From Rhizophagus irregularis (lineage: Eukaryota), in assembly GCF_026210795.1 (NCBI RefSeq), contig NC_089429.1:124001-188000 (forward strand): a DNA stretch of 64,000 bases. The letters are read 5' to 3'. Both the position numbers and the translations under genes were made by a program. The notes below the pieces were generated by a model that was not told where the DNA came from, made no database searches, and saw nothing but the letters and a program-made list of their open reading frames with translations. Positions within the stretch are counted from its first letter, which is position 1. Each line of letters opens with the position of its first letter. Of this stretch, positions 36,902-51,765 are shown piece by piece.

Positions 36902-38074
36902 AGGACCTTGAACAATACATATAATACTGGGATCCAGTTTTGTATAAACTTATTATATAATTTTCCAATAAGTCATATATTTGATTTTGTATAGCTTGTT
37001 GGTAATTTTTCGGTAAGGCAGATATGTATTTGTATAACAGTGATAATCTTTAAATCAAGTGAGATCTTTATTTTGTATAATGATACTTGTGTAAATAAAT
37101 TATATATACGTATATAAAAAATTTTTCTTTAAAAAAATTTTAAAAACTTTGTAAATTTACAAATTATTACATATTAAATACTTTTGTATCAGTTTTTATT
37201 ACCTGTATTTTGTGAAAATATGGATATTTTATATAATTCATAATACATTTATTCCTAAATTTTTCTTTTTACTTTCATCAAACTTTGGAGTGTAATTTTA
37301 CCATTTTAGCCAAATGAAATCGACTTTCTTTATTAAGAGAAAGTTGTTTAGCGATGCCAAAACTACTTGAATCTAAATTTTTATAGCAATTGGAGTAATA
37401 CTTATGGAGTACACACATATTTTTATAATTATATTGATTTTAAATTTGCTTTTTTCGTTTATTAATTTTGGAGCGTAATTACGGCATTTTAGTCAAATGA
37501 AATTGACTTCCTTTATTAAGAGAAAATTGTTCACAGAAGTCAGAACTACCTATACCTAAATTTTATAGTAATTGGAATAATGCTTATAGAATACGAGCAA
37601 TTTTCGCACTCTCAATTTTTTTTCAATCATCCAATCAGTAACTTCAGAGCGTAATTTCAGCATCTTTATCAAATGAAATCGACTATCTTTATTAATTGAA
37701 AGTTGTTCAGCAGATTCAAAACTACCTAGATTTAAATTTTCGTAATCATTAGTATATATAATACTTGTAGAAACATTTGTATTTTTCACAACAGTACTAA
37801 TTTTTGAATTATGACAATTAAGTTTTTTTAAAATTTTTTTTAAATTATGAATTTTTGAATTGATAAATCATTATTGAAATAATTACATAAAATTAATAAA
37901 TAAAATAATTTTTGTTTTATATAAACTCAGATTTAAAATTGTATAATTTGTAGTAAAATTTGAACTTATATAATGATTTATTTTGTATAAAGCTTTTAAT
38001 AAAATTAAGTGTATAAAGTTATATTAAAATTTTTGACCTTAGATCTGAGTTATATATATAATGTTCAGGGTCCT
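36902..38074. mobile_element. Old TIR element (Mutator-like ends) with three ~180-bp decayed internal repeats
   Basis: TIRs aggaccttgaacaatacatataa and ttatatatataatgttcagggtcct, with flanks cccgaacc/cccaaacc. The repeat gagygtaatt…caaatgaaatcgact…ttattaa occurs at ~37287, 37470 and 37646. Confidence 0.6.
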
Positions 38075-41000
38075 CCCAAACCCCTTATATTATATTAAAC
38101 AAAGAATTGGTTTGAAGTAGCCTAACTTTTGCTAAGCATTTTTTTTCCATATTTATAAGCAGATGCTAAAGTTTTAGAATCAATTTTATTATAATTTTGC
38201 ATTTCATTTTTTTTTAAAACAGATAAATTTAATTTTTTTTTAGAAAAAAAAAGTTTTACTTTATATCAATATTTAAATTTAAGTAAAAAAGCAAATTTCC
38301 ATCAATGCATTCATAAGTATCAAATAACTTATAAACTTTAGATAGATGATCAATAACTGTAAAACTCTTTCCTGTCATCTGAATTATATATTTATCAAAA
38401 ATTTCTTCAGAATAATAAGTATTTAGAAGAGTGATATTATCTTTACTATTAAACAGATATTAAAAATATATATGATCATTATAATCAGATTTATAATCAA
38501 GATCAACTAAACTAGAAAAAAGTCTAATTGCTTTTTTTATTACTTCAGAATTAGGCCTAAATTCTTTTTGTGCAAGTAATATGATAAAAGTAAACTTTTC
38601 AGTTTCCAGTATATATATATTAATAAAATCTCAAATTTAAAATAAAAGTTTTATATAATTTTAAACAAATATACCATATATTACAGGCCATAGTACCTCC
38701 CTATGCATAGTACCCTCCTTGAAAAATTTCATAGAATTGTATAGTACCAGGGAAATATTTTACAATTATCTCGTGATCCAGTGATCAGATTTGAGCCATC
38801 TTTTTTTTGTTTGATAGCTTTCATTGAGCTCTTCAAAATAAAAAAAAATCGTTCAAATTGGACTGGTAGATCGTGAGATATTCGCAAAAAACAGAATTTT
38901 TAGGCTTTGTTTAGTACCTAGAGGTACAGGGTCAAACCTCCGATTTTTGCAAGATACTCGGAGTACTGTGATCTGCTATATATGGTACTTGTCAGCAAAG
39001 TATTGAGTTAGAAGTAATATTTAAAGTAATCAATATGATATTACTAAAAGTAATTAATACAGTAATATTCTAAAGTATTTTAAAGTAATAACTATATAAA
39101 AAAGAATTTTAGGAAAACAGAAATATAAAATGATATAAATTTAGTAGTACTTCAAGTTATAATAATATATAAAAAGAAAACAAGAAATTATAATTTAGAA
39201 TATTATTACTAATCATAGTGATAGATAGGAAAGAAGTTAAGAATAAAGCTATATACAGTATAAGTTAACTTGTAAGCTAAAAGTACTTTAAAAATATATT
39301 AGCTTGCAAGCCAATTTATAAGCTAATATATTTTTAAAGTACTTTTAGCTTATAAACTAATTCATGTAAAGTTTTAGTCAAAAAGGCAGAAAGGTTTAAA
39401 AGAATACAAGAAAAATGGTATAAAAATAATATAGTCTGAATTAATTTAGCTCTTCATACCTTATCTTTAGCAATCAAAAAGGTTATAAAAGGCAGGATTA
39501 TAAGAATAACATAATATCAACACTTTATACTTCATCTGGTAATTAAGAAATAGCAAATAAGTTGTAAAATATTTGACAAATAGATGGATTGCAAACTTAG
39601 TACTTTATATATACTTTTTTTTGGCAATTAAATAGACTAATCAAAATAATATAAATTATACCTTTGATTTTCTAACTAATTAATTTACCAAGTTGAAGCT
39701 AGAAAATTACTTAAAAATTATTTAAAAATGATAAAAGAGTTTTCAAAACTGGTGAAAAACTAAATCATATGATTAACACAGTAAAATGCAATAAAATTCT
39801 TTTTTAATTTTAATTAGCATTATTCCATATTTTTTTTTAAAACTTGAAGATGCAATAATTTAGCATCCAAATATATGATTTATGTGGTCTTAATATCATT
39901 GAAAAGCTCTCAACACCCTTATCTAAACAAACTCAAAGCTGTATAAATCCAATTACAGGAAACTAAAATATTCTACTCTAAAGATCAGATCAAAAATATA
40001 GTATAATACTAGTCAAAATCTAATTCATAAATTTACTATATCATTCAATAAAATGTGATTTTTGCAATTAAAACTGGCTAAATATTTTGATTATAAAATG
40101 GTCACAAAATAATAAATACAGAAAGGTAAAATCATATAGATAGTACCTTATTATAAAAAGTTATAGAACTCATCAAAAACAGTAAATTATAAATTTATAT
40201 ATAAATAGGTAATAGTTTATATAGGTAAGTAACAGTTTGATGCAAATAAGTTGCAATATTATATATATATATATTACAATCTACTATTAAAACTAAAAAT
40301 TTAAATATTACATTATAATTTATAAATGAAAATCTTATACAATAAAATAAATAATTTATATTAAAAATATTAAGTTTGGTTTGAATTAATAATTCAGTAA
40401 TTTTGGCCAAAATCATAAAAACTTAATTAACTAGTTAAATAATAATTAAATTATAATTAACCATTAATTTTCTATTTCTAATTATTACTTTGCAAATTAT
40501 TATATAGGTTTAATTTACTTAATTATTAATATTGATAATTTAAATAATAGTAATAGTAAATTTGATTAGTTTTGAATTTTTTTGTTTAATTTTTATTTTA
40601 TTTACAAGGATTTACTAATAGGAACATTACCTTTTTATATAATTTTCAGAATTAATTTTATGAAAAATTATATTAATATAATTATATTATGAAATTTGAT
40701 TTAAAATTATAATAAAAAAACTTTGATACTATTTATATATAAAGATTAACAAGAAGGTCTTTTTTGTTATACATAAAGTTTTAAATATATGTAGAAAAGT
40801 TTGAAAATAAATTATTTATTCCTATGATATTATATGATAAAATATTTCTAATGTTACTTTTTTTTAAATTTTGCTATGCTTTATTAGTTAAAAAAAAGAT
40901 ATAAGTATACAAAATATAAGAGTAAACCAATTCTAATTATAGGATACTAATAAATTACTTGTCAATTTCAAATGTTACTGTACATTTAACAAGTTTTAGA

Positions 41001-41386
41001 ATAATAGTTTTATTATTTCTCTAGAGATATGCCACTTTTTCAAATATCATTATTTGTACAATGATCAAATGTTAATATATTCTACTAGAAAGATTCTATG
41101 ATTATGTGACTCACACCACGTTTTCATCAAAAGAACAAGAACCACTATGTTCTTCTAAAATTAAATAAATAAAAAGTCTAAATTATAATAAATAAATGTA
41201 ATTACTAAAAATACAATGTAATCGTAAGATGGTACAAAATCTAAATATTATTAAGAGTAGATTTAATTTATTTTAGTTTTTAAATCAGGTATATTAATGA
41301 TAAAAATTATTAGATTATTATTAGTTTAACGAGCTCATTTATTTTTAAAAAGAATGAAAAAAAAAAGTCTAAATAAACATTATATA

Positions 41387-41993
41387 CTATGAATCATTAT
41401 TTTCATCATCATCATCATCTCGTTTAACATAATCATTTGGAACTACTTATAATAATAAATAATGAGATTAGAATATAAGTTATAATAAATATATAAATAT
41501 AATATATAATAAATATACTTACTGTTATCAGGAATTTCAAGAAATTCTTGCATAGAATCTGTAGTTGATAATCTTTGTATTTCTTTCTTTCCATTCAGAA
41601 CTTTATTATTATCTTTATTATTATTATTATTATTATTAATTTGAGGATTAACAATATCTTCTATAATAAAATATATAAAAAAAATAAAAAATTAAAAATA
41701 AAGATCAAAACCTAGAAAAGGAAGGAATATAATTACTTACTTTCGATTTGCTTTTTTGGAGCAGGAGTTGGAAGAGTTATTTTCCCTTCAAGAACATCAC
41801 TAACGGTTACAGGACGATCGAATGTAAACTGATTTGTTTGTTGTTGATTTTCGTCTTGTTTTTTACTTATTGTATCTTGATCATTATTAAATGTTTTCTC
41901 ATCAAATTGTTCCGTTTCAGTATCATTGGTGTTATATGTAGAAGTTTGTATTTCACTTGTGATAGAACGTTGGTTTTGATTATCTGAACCCAT
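41387..41993 (-). CDS. Small hydrophilic hypothetical protein, 3 exons (41993-41741, 41660-41523, ~41442-41387), ~150 aa
   Basis: GTAAGT donors and TAG acceptors join in frame (…KKQIEK-DIVNPQ…STTDSMQEFLEIPDN-IPNDYVKRDDDDDENNDS*). Confidence 0.7.
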
Positions 41994-43496
41994 ACTATAT
42001 TGTATATATATAATAATGATTTGTAGGGGAAATTTTTATTTTTTAATAATAATCAAAAAAGAAACTTTTGTGCGATATTTATAAAAAAAAAAAGTACGAT
42101 TAGTAATGATTTTTCTAGAAAAAAAAATCATTTAAGCTTTACCTTTTCCGAGTTCTTTTAGTACGACAACAAAAAAAGAACACCATACTTATGGAAAAAG
42201 AAAAAAAAAGCTTCTTTAGGGGAAAAAAATATGATTTTATAACATTTTCTTTTTGGAACTAGAATTTTTTTTTAAAGCCGAATACCGTAGCTTATTAATT
42301 TCAGCATTTATTTCCTTATTTCTATATTATCAATTTTTGGATTTGTAATGTCATACTGTAACAGTATGTCATTCCACATATTTGGACGATCCTGATTTGC
42401 GTAACTATGAAATTACCTAAAATAAATCCGGGAGAACGGAGTTACCAAGATTACAAAGATTACATTGTTTTTTTTTAAAACTTAATTTATGGAATTTTAA
42501 TTCCGGAACATGATTTTAACTGAAAAAGGTGTTAATACTGATAAAATTTCGATCGATTGATTGTTTGTAAATGTAAAGTTTATCATAGAAAAAAATAACT
42601 ATATCTTTTGAGTTGGAAAAGTAGAATTGAGGCTGAAAGGTGATTATTCGAATTAAGTTTAAAATTTCTTCTCATATAGACGCCATTTTTTTTTTTAGAA
42701 ACGATAGAATATTCTATCGAATATCAAATATTTAAGATATTTAATGAATATAATTATGGAAATGAATTTCATAACATGGAATACACAAAACTAGCAAACA
42801 CCAGGTAAATTAAAATGAAAAATGGAACACCAGGTAAATGAAATTATTTATTTAGTAATGATAAATCAAATTTTTTTTTGTGTTTATGTGATCCTCAAAC
42901 AAAATGTTTTTTTTCCCCTAGAATGTGTGTACAAAAAAAATTGTTATGTTTATAAAACAAAAGATTTTTTTTTTAAAAGAAATAAGAAATTTCTTTTTTT
43001 GAATGAAAATTTATTTTAGACAATTTCATTTTAGTCACATTTTACTTTTTTAATGACAATCAAAACTAAACTCCTTGTCAAGGGGCTCAAAATGGGCGTT
43101 ACGGTAAAATAAAAATGAAAATTTCCTTCATTTATAATCACTTTTAAAAAACAATCCGATTTTTTTTTTATTGATAAAAAAAATATTATATTTACTAAAA
43201 ATACATTCCATTAAATAAATATTCTATAAACCCTTCGCTTAATTAAAATAATAAAGAAAATTTTTTTATTTGTACAAAAAAAAGAAAAAAAATGATTTTT
43301 TTAAAAATTTTATGATCGATTTTAAATATTTTCAAAAATTCACCGAATTCGTACACGCTGTATCGGAAGAAACCGATTCGGATTGACTTATTGACCTTAA
43401 TAAGCCAAATTAATAGCGCTAAACTTTTTTTTTTCCCCAAGGATATCCTTGGATTTTCCGTGCAATTGAATCCGTTTTTACGTCTTTTTTCTCTTT

Positions 43497-43811
43497 TTAA
43501 TTTGAATTATTTCCGGTTGATTTATGAAGACGACCAGCACGTTCGTGCATGGCTCTTAATTTTTTATATCTGTCCATCTTACGTTCTATTGGAGAGGGAC
43601 AATTTGTTATAAAAGAGAATGATAACATTTCTTCTTCAATTGACGCTGGTTCTTCGCAAAAATTATTTTCAGGGAAAATTACTACCGCATTTGATTTTGA
43701 AATGTTAATTTTTGGTAATTGCGAATGATGCATCGCTTGTTTTGTTTCTGATGTTGTAGAATTGGTTGAATCAGTGCTTGAAGTTATTAAAGTTACAGAT
43801 GAGGTAGACAT
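43497..43811 (-). CDS. Small hypothetical protein (104 aa)
   Basis: ATG in an A-rich context and protein-like composition in otherwise non-coding AT-rich DNA. No recognised domain. Confidence 0.45.
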   Translation of the reverse strand: MSTSSVTLITSSTDSTNSTTSETKQAMHHSQLPKINISKSNAVVIFPENNFCEEPASIEEEMLSFSFITNCPSPIERKMDRYKKLRAMHERAGRLHKSTGNNSN

Positions 43812-46639
43812 TTTTATTTTTTACAAAAAAATCAAAAAGAATTATGTATATATATTATATGTACGTATTATAAATTTTCAAAAAAAAAATCAAAATTGCT
43901 TTTTTTTTTTTCTGAGAAAAACTATTTTTTTTTTATTTTTTTTCGAGTTCGAGAACCTTTATATTTATATGTTTTAAGAATCCCAAGGCTTTTTGCTTTG
44001 TTGTACAAAATAACATACCCTTCTATATGGAAAAAAATTATTTAAAGTAACATTTTTTGCATATAAAAATTCCAGAATATAACTTTAAATGGTATGACTT
44101 ATTAAACATTCTATTTTTATTCATATGCAATATATATATGCACTTGATATACTTGATATACTGAATATGGTGATTTTAACGAATAACTTAAGACACTTAT
44201 GACTTATGCAATGTAAAGTAATATATAAAATCCGACCATACGGAACCAATTAGGTCATATTTCCGTAAATCCAAATATAACTATTTTTAATAATATATTT
44301 ATTATATAGTATGTTACATCATCATAAATAAGTGAATTCCCGGGTAATGTAAACTTTACGACATTTATGATATAAATCACTAAATTAACAAAACTTGACG
44401 TGTTACTCGGACTTTTCCACGGATATATAGTTTTTTTATTCTCGGGTTTTCTTTATATTCTTTCAGTGTCAATATAATTGTCGATCATGTCTATCAATCT
44501 TGGTTTTAAAAAAAGAAAATTCCTATAAATAATTTACTTGAAACAAATTGCATCACCACATGGTTAGCAAAAAAAGAAACTTATTAAATTTTCAACTAAA
44601 GAAAATTATTAATAAATTTAAATTTGAATTTATAATAATCTTTCATTATATTATTTTGTTTTCTTTCCATTTTTTCTCAATGATTTACTCATGTTATTCT
44701 TTTGTTTACGTTATATGTTTAAAAGACCTTTGTCTTAATGTTCCAGACTTAGTTATCAGTCCATTGAATGATACTAATATATCTCATTGAAACAATAATA
44801 TATATTATATTATATTATATTTTATATTTTGTATACTTTACTTATACACTGTATATATTTATATATATATTTTTTTCTATGAAATTTTTTGATTTTTTTT
44901 TAATAATTAATTTTGGAAATAGTTGAATAATTACGCATGACCTTATTAACCGCATGAAAGCCATGACATCTACTCATACTCATCGCACCTTACCGAATTA
45001 TTACAATTCTTCTCCCCCCCTCCTTTGCCCCTTCCAAGCTTCATACAGATCGAACGTTTATTGCGTTATATAATATTTATAATATTTATTTATAATATTT
45101 ATTTCTGAATCGAGCTTCATTATATTTCCATATTTAGGAAAAATTAACAAAAAAAGAATCTTCTTTTTTTATTTTTCCAAAAGAAATATTTATATACTAA
45201 AACTATTAACATTCTCGAAATTCAAAAAGGCTTGTTTACTATAATAATACCCAAAACACTTGTCGATCGAAAACTTGTTTGTGTAAAACGAAAAAAAAAT
45301 CACAAGTTTTTCTTTTGTTTTGTCAACGAATTCTAAATTCTAGAAAAAAAAAAATATCGGGAGATTCGGATCTTTGCGATAACATACTTGTAAACAAAGA
45401 AAACTTTATCGCCAACAAATTTTAGAAGAGTATTTGTAGTAAATACAGTACTTAAATATCATGATATTTAGTAGCAGCTAACCTTCCAATAGGAATTTTC
45501 GACAAGAAAAAACTTTGTTCTAGTTGGAGATGATCTATTTGTTTTATTATTACAGTAAATTTATTTGGAGATTCTTGTGTATTTATTACTTTTTATAGAA
45601 TTCAATTACCCTTCTAGGTTTTATCCTGTATTAGTATTTGTTGTTACCATCTCTTTTTTTAATGTCACGATATAGTGAGTGTAATTGGTAATAATTGTAA
45701 CCACATATACCGTACTACGAATATCTGATATTTATTACATAGAATTGCATGGAAACTACCAAATATATTATACAGAAAAATTTCAAAAGTATTACTTTAT
45801 ATTATAATTATTTCACTATTGGCAACCGTCATATTCGTATATACGATATAATTAATTATTATAAAGTTCAAGTATTTATTTATACGTGATTAAATTAAAA
45901 AATCAAAAGTTTTCTTACAATTAAAGTCAAAGATCTTCAGTGGTGGGAAGATTTTTTGTGATTCCAACATTACTAATGTAGTAATGCACAAATCAAAATA
46001 GGAACATACTAAAACGATCCTACTTGTAATGATGATTATTATAACATAGCGTATCTCGGAAAAAGTTCTCTGGAATTTTCTAGACGGTATATGGTTTATG
46101 TAATGTGCCAAATTTTTATCTTAGATTAATTGATAGGGGAGCTACGTCACTCATTAAGTCAAAGGTTGTAATTCGTGACGTACTCGATATTTATAAATTA
46201 TTTTAAATTTCTCTGTGACGTTATTGACGTAACTTTGTTACGGCAGTAACTCCCCTAACACAACAAATATAATAAGTTATCTCCCCCCCGTAAAAAATAC
46301 ACTCCAGAATATTTCCGTTATAAATCCGTAATTATGCTTTCAAATCCGTAAATATTCAGTGTGCCGTAACTGATTGAACATGCAATCCGTAATTTTTCCA
46401 TAATATTATTTATAGAAAGATTTTAAACGGATCAAAAATTTAAATTTTGCAAACTCATTTTATTGTTAAGTTACTGATAAATTCGCCAATAAAAATGGAA
46501 TAAATTTTAATCACAAAAAATGGAATTTAAATGGAATTAAGATATAAGTTTTGCAAATAACTTCGTTATTAAATTACTGAAAAATTCACCAATAAAAACG
46601 GAATACTAACAATATACAGTAAATATGAATTACTAAATA

Positions 46640-48160
46640 TAAATTAATAGGATATTTAGTACGGTACGATTTTGCAAATCAGCATCAGTATCAATTTGAT
46701 TAAATAAAAAAATGTAAAAATCATCGAAATTTAATTTGATTTTCTCGATCAATGATATAAAACTCATCTTGAGAAATCCAACATTTCTACAAATTGCACT
46801 TACATTAATTACTTCAAAAGCACTATTATCTCGAAACTTTAATGGTCCATGTCCAGAAGGCTGAGGATTTCGTACCCACTGCACGTATGCTAGCATAGAC
46901 CGGTGACTGTTGTATTGATGTGAAAAAAAATATTGTACTTCTCCAAAGAATTCACGCTCTTCCAAAATAACTGGTGCATTTGGGCGATGTGCATTTTGGT
47001 CAACTAGAAGTTTGACCTAATTAAAGAAAGCTAATGTTAAAATGGTAAAAACATTAAAAGCTGATGATATACATACAGAAATACAGTAATTTGTGCGTGT
47101 CACATCACCCTTGCGACTTGACAATTTTGAATTAATTATTAATTCATTTTTGGTTTGAAGTTTACCATATTTCTGAATGGAATTTGTAATTAACTTAAAT
47201 GAAATATATTAGAAGACTTTAAGATTCTTTTAAGATAAAAATTTAAATAATATCAAAAGATGCTTACTGAAAGTTGGTTTGCATTCCTATTTAATGCTGT
47301 CACATAATAAGCTCTTAAGCGCTGTATCTCAGTTCTATTCATGCAATATTTGTGTGATAGTGAATATAGAACTTCTTCAGCACTATTAGTAGTAAAAACA
47401 TGGCTTTCTGATGATTTTTTTGAATTTGTACCAATAAGCTTTTGATGTATATCAGGTTTATATTGAAGGTGTAAAACTGAGTCCACATAGTAATCTGATT
47501 TTGAAGAATTGTATAAGGATGTTGCATAGAGCACACCAGAGGTAATAGCATTCCACATAATCTTTCGATTGGATATTGCCAGGTCGCCCATCCAGATCCA
47601 GTATTATAAATTGAATCAGCAATATGTAACAGATAATAATAAGAAATGAGTGCAGCTGGGAGTCGTGTAGAATTATTCTGGATATATTCTCTATTAAATA
47701 TTAATTATATATCTTAATAATACTAAAATTACATTATAAATAAGGTAGATAGAAATAAAATAAAGTATACAATACTTTTCATAATATGTGATAAATTCAC
47801 AAAATAGCCTTCTAATTTCTGTTAATTCTTTCATACTGATGATATGTTTGAGACAAAGCTTTGTTGCATGCACAAATTTTGCCCATCCATTTAAATGCCT
47901 GAATATATTAATTAATACTTATTAATAGCAACAAAAAATAATATGCATTTGTGGTCTACAAATTATGTTATTACCTTTCTGGAAGACAGCCCTATAAAAG
48001 TGGAAGTGAGTATAATACCACCCAATTCATTCACTTTTTTGCCTTAAATGCAGCTGAATGTTGCTGAATATTAATAGATGGATAACCAAAATCAGAAGGC
48101 ATATTTTTTCTGTTTTTTTTCCATTGATTTTTTAGGATCCCGTCTATTATTAAGATAGGT
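46640..48160 (-). pseudogene. 3' half of a second CACTA/Tnp2-type transposase, intron-containing, decayed
   Basis: Minus-strand translations include YSLPLL, WAKFVHA, YLLHIADSI…WATWQYPIERLCGML and FFGEVQYFF…LAYVQW. Confidence 0.75.
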
Positions 48161-48299
48161 CACCCTGTGGCCTAAGATAAGGTTTATATATAAAACTCTT
48201 TGAAGATCCTACTATAAAAGGAAATTTTATGTTACATTGTTATGATTTTTTTCTTTTTAGTTAATTAACCAATAGAATTTAAGCAAATCCTAAGGTAAG

Positions 48300-49630
48300 A
48301 TTTCATATGAAAGTGAAATTTCTACTGGTAACATATCTTAATAGTAAGCAGAGTCTTGAATAAAGTAAATCACAGTTTCTTACCAATTAGCAGAAATATC
48401 ACTATGAGAAAGACAGTATTTAGCAAGTAAAAGAGAAAATTCCAAAGCATTATTCAGCAAATGTTTTAATATTTTATACAAAATTTTTGAAGGACCAGAC
48501 ACTTTGTTATTAAGTATAAAAGAAATAGAAGGATGCTGATATGATAAAAAGAGGAGTATACACTTTTTGTCATCTAAAGGAAAAAGAAGATGTAGAAGTA
48601 TATCGAACTAATGGAGGGGAGACAATTAATTGAAAATGAGTAATAGCAGCTTGCTTAATATTTGTAGGGTCTGTAAAAGAATAAGTTTTGAGTCTAAAAT
48701 GACTAATATATATATAATTAAGTACAATAGAATGCCATTTAACTGAGAGGATGGAGAAGATGAAATTGCCAAGAGAAGATGAAAAATGGTCATCTTATAA
48801 GTGGTATAATATTTTATTGAATTCGAAAAATATTAAGCAAATTTGGTTAAAGGGTAAGCAGACACTAAATTTTTCTAAAAACACAAGAAAGATTTGAGAG
48901 AAAAAAGCAGGATTACACTATATGTAAGAACTGAATAATCAGGAAGTAGGAATATAAGATCTTGAAATTACTTAGGTAAGATAATAATTATTTGAAAGAT
49001 TTGGGTGGGATGACCGATGACTAGGCTATATAGTTGTTAATTTAGTAAACAAAAATCGATCCAAAAATTTATTAATGGTGATTAATTTAGTCAACTTAAT
49101 TAGGAGGATAGAAGTGATGGTGAACATTTGAAACATGTTGGATGAGTAAAGTTTCAATGGCAGTACCAATAATTATTCTTTTAAGTGCATGTCAAAGACT
49201 ATTTAAAGATATAAGAGAAAAATCACCGATATATGGGCAATTGGTAAAAAAGTAATTTTGAAGATGGGTATTAACTTCTAACAAAAAATTAATCCATTGT
49301 AAATCAGAAGTTGAGTTGTAGGTAAAGATAGTTCATGTTTCATTTTTTTGCTTAAGACAAAACTTCACAAGAATAGCCATACAGGTACTAAAGTTGAAAG
49401 CTGTGATGAGGACTTTATGATCAGTGAAAGGATGATCATTCAAATCAGAATAAGAGACAACTTGGGAGAAAAGTCTAGGAGCGGAAAATCCAGGTGAGGT
49501 TCAAATGTACTAATCAAGTCAAAAGGAATCATTATCATGGAAATAAGTACAATCAGAACCAGTAAGTAGTAATGAATACGTTTGATGATCTGTCAAATAA
49601 TGGGAAGAAAGACGATAGAGGAGTTTAAAA
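48300..49630 (-). mobile_element. Old, heavily decayed fragment of a related LINE ORF2 (EN end to RT start)
   Basis: The reverse complement matches copy B, e.g. cctggattttccgctcctagacttttctcccaagttg and tctggtccttcaaaaattttgtataaaatattaaaacattt. Confidence 0.8.
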
Positions 49631-51444
49631 CATTAGTCAAACGATGTCAAATCGGGAACTAATCAGGTGACTAAATTCCACCCGATTGGTCCCTATTTTT
49701 TTTAAAATTTTCATTAATCAGTAAATCTGATTGCTGCCAAAAGATGGTGCAAAAGGAGGATACTCAAGTACTAATCGGGATATTTAATAGAGTACAATTG
49801 GGTATTAATAGTTACTATTAGGATATTTACTGGATATTTAATATTTGACATATCAGTATACTGATTGATAACTTTTTGATTAAATGTCAATGTATTGATT
49901 GATTACTTTTCAATTAATTTATAACAACGCATTTTTATTTAAAATTATTTGAAATTTACATTAAAATTACAAAAACCAGAAATACTAATTACTAAATTAT
50001 TTAAATTATTTAATAATTTCATATATATTTACTAATATTATCATTGAATTCTTATACTTTCAAAACTTTACCAATTCAAATTCAAGTCAGGATCAGAACT
50101 GATAGATCTACAAAATGAAGAAAAAAATTAAATATTTTTTAAATATTAAAGTGTTTCAAAATGAAACTTTTCGAAACTTACTATTACCGATTTAAATTCA
50201 AGTCCAAAATCAGATCAAAGCTGATGGTAACTTAAAAAATAATTAAAAAAGGTTTGAAACGAAAGTTTTTGAAACTTACTGTTATTGATTCAAATCCAAG
50301 TCAAAGATCGGTATTGTACCTACAAAGTAAAGAAAACTATTAAATATATTTTTTTTAAAAAATATTTTTAAAAAAAAGTTTCAAAATGAAACATTTCATT
50401 TTGAAACTTACTGATCAAAAAATCCAAATCTAAGTCCAGGATTGGTGTTAATAATTCCTACAAAACAAAGAAAAAAAATTTAAATAATTTTTTAAATATT
50501 AAATAAAAGTAAGAAAAGGTTCAAAATAAAAGTTTTCAAAACTTACCATTATTGATCCAAATCTAAGTCCAGCCGATAGACCTAAAAACAAAGGAAATAA
50601 AATTAAATACAATATTTTTTTTCAAAAAAAATATTAAAAATTTCGAAAGCTAAGCTAAATTTTTGAAACTTACCGATCTCATATCGAAGTCTAGGATCGT
50701 TCCTAAAAAAAATTTGAAAATGAAACATTAGTAAAGTTCACTAAGGCCATACAAACTTGATTTTATGGTTTTCATAATATAAAAATTTCATCAATAACCC
50801 GGCAATCCGGCTTTTAATTTTTTTTTTCAAAAATTTTATATGCGAAATTTTTTTTCAATTTTTAAAAAATTCTCACCCGGCATAGTAATAATATAAAAAA
50901 TTTTTTTTTGAGACTTAACAAAACTGACCTGGCCAGACTATGAAAACCATTTTTACCACTTTGTGTCGCCTAATGTTCCTAATTTAAAAAAATTTTCACC
51001 TCCCCACTTTATTTACCTTCTGAGATGTTTCGTCAGTTCTAAAGCGTCTTAAGAGTCTTACAATAAAAAAAAAGAAAATGAAATGTTAGTAAATGACACT
51101 AACGTCCATAATTTAAAAATCCCCCTTCCTTTCTTTATTTATCTTCTGAGACATTTCGTCAGTTCTAAAGCATCTTGAAGGTCTTACAATAAAAAAAAAG
51201 AAAATGGAATATTAGTAAAGTTCACTAATATTCCTAATTTAAAAAAATTCCCCCCTCCTCTCTTTATTTACCTTCTGAGACATTTTGTCAGTTCTGAAGC
51301 GTCTTGAGGGTTCTACAATAAAAAAAAAGAAAATGGAATATTAGTAAAATTCACTAATGTTTTTAATTTAAAAAAATTTCCACTCCTCTCTTTATTTACC
51401 TTCTGAGACATTTTGTCAGTTCTGAAGCGTCTTGAGAGTCCTAC
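49631..51444. mobile_element. Left part of a second copy of the CACTA element family seen at 4619, with different internal tandem arrays
   Basis: The first ~250 bp align with 4619-4870 (acgatgtcaaatcggg…cccgattggtccctatttt…gattgctgccaaaagatgg). Arrays lie at 50060-50700 and 51000-51444. Confidence 0.8.
50745..50970. mobile_element. 226-bp MITE with TAA duplication (Zator or PIF/Harbinger type)
   Basis: TIRs ggccatacaaac…atggttttcata and tatgaaaaccat…tttgtgtcgcc, with TAA on both sides. Removal restores the array unit ttagtaaagttcactaatgttcctaattt. Confidence 0.85.
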
Positions 51445-51765
51445 TAAGGTTGCTTACCGAAACCTAAAGGTTTAGGCAAGATGGCATTTCACCGAAAAGT
51501 GAAATTCTGCCAAAACTATATTAAAGTTATATTAAAAAACTGGCAAAACTTTGGAGAAAGGTGAAACAGAACCCGAACAATATATATATAGGTCAGATAA
51601 AAATTTCAAAATTTATTAAGATCAATAAGCAAACTATTTTCAATCCTGCTAAGCAAACTCTTATTATAACATTAAGATTTTTTATACTACTAAGCAATTT
51701 ATTTTGTGACTTTATAAAATTTTATCTTTTATTTATTGATTACTTTATTAACTAAATTGATATTA

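Noticed and set aside
38100..41300. Short ORFs and weak inverted repeats in extremely AT-rich DNA
   Set aside because: Low complexity with no consistent splice or TSD evidence; probably old TE debris.
46134..46257. Possible hAT MITE (taggggag…ctccccta)
   Set aside because: Only a short inverted repeat and no matching TSD.
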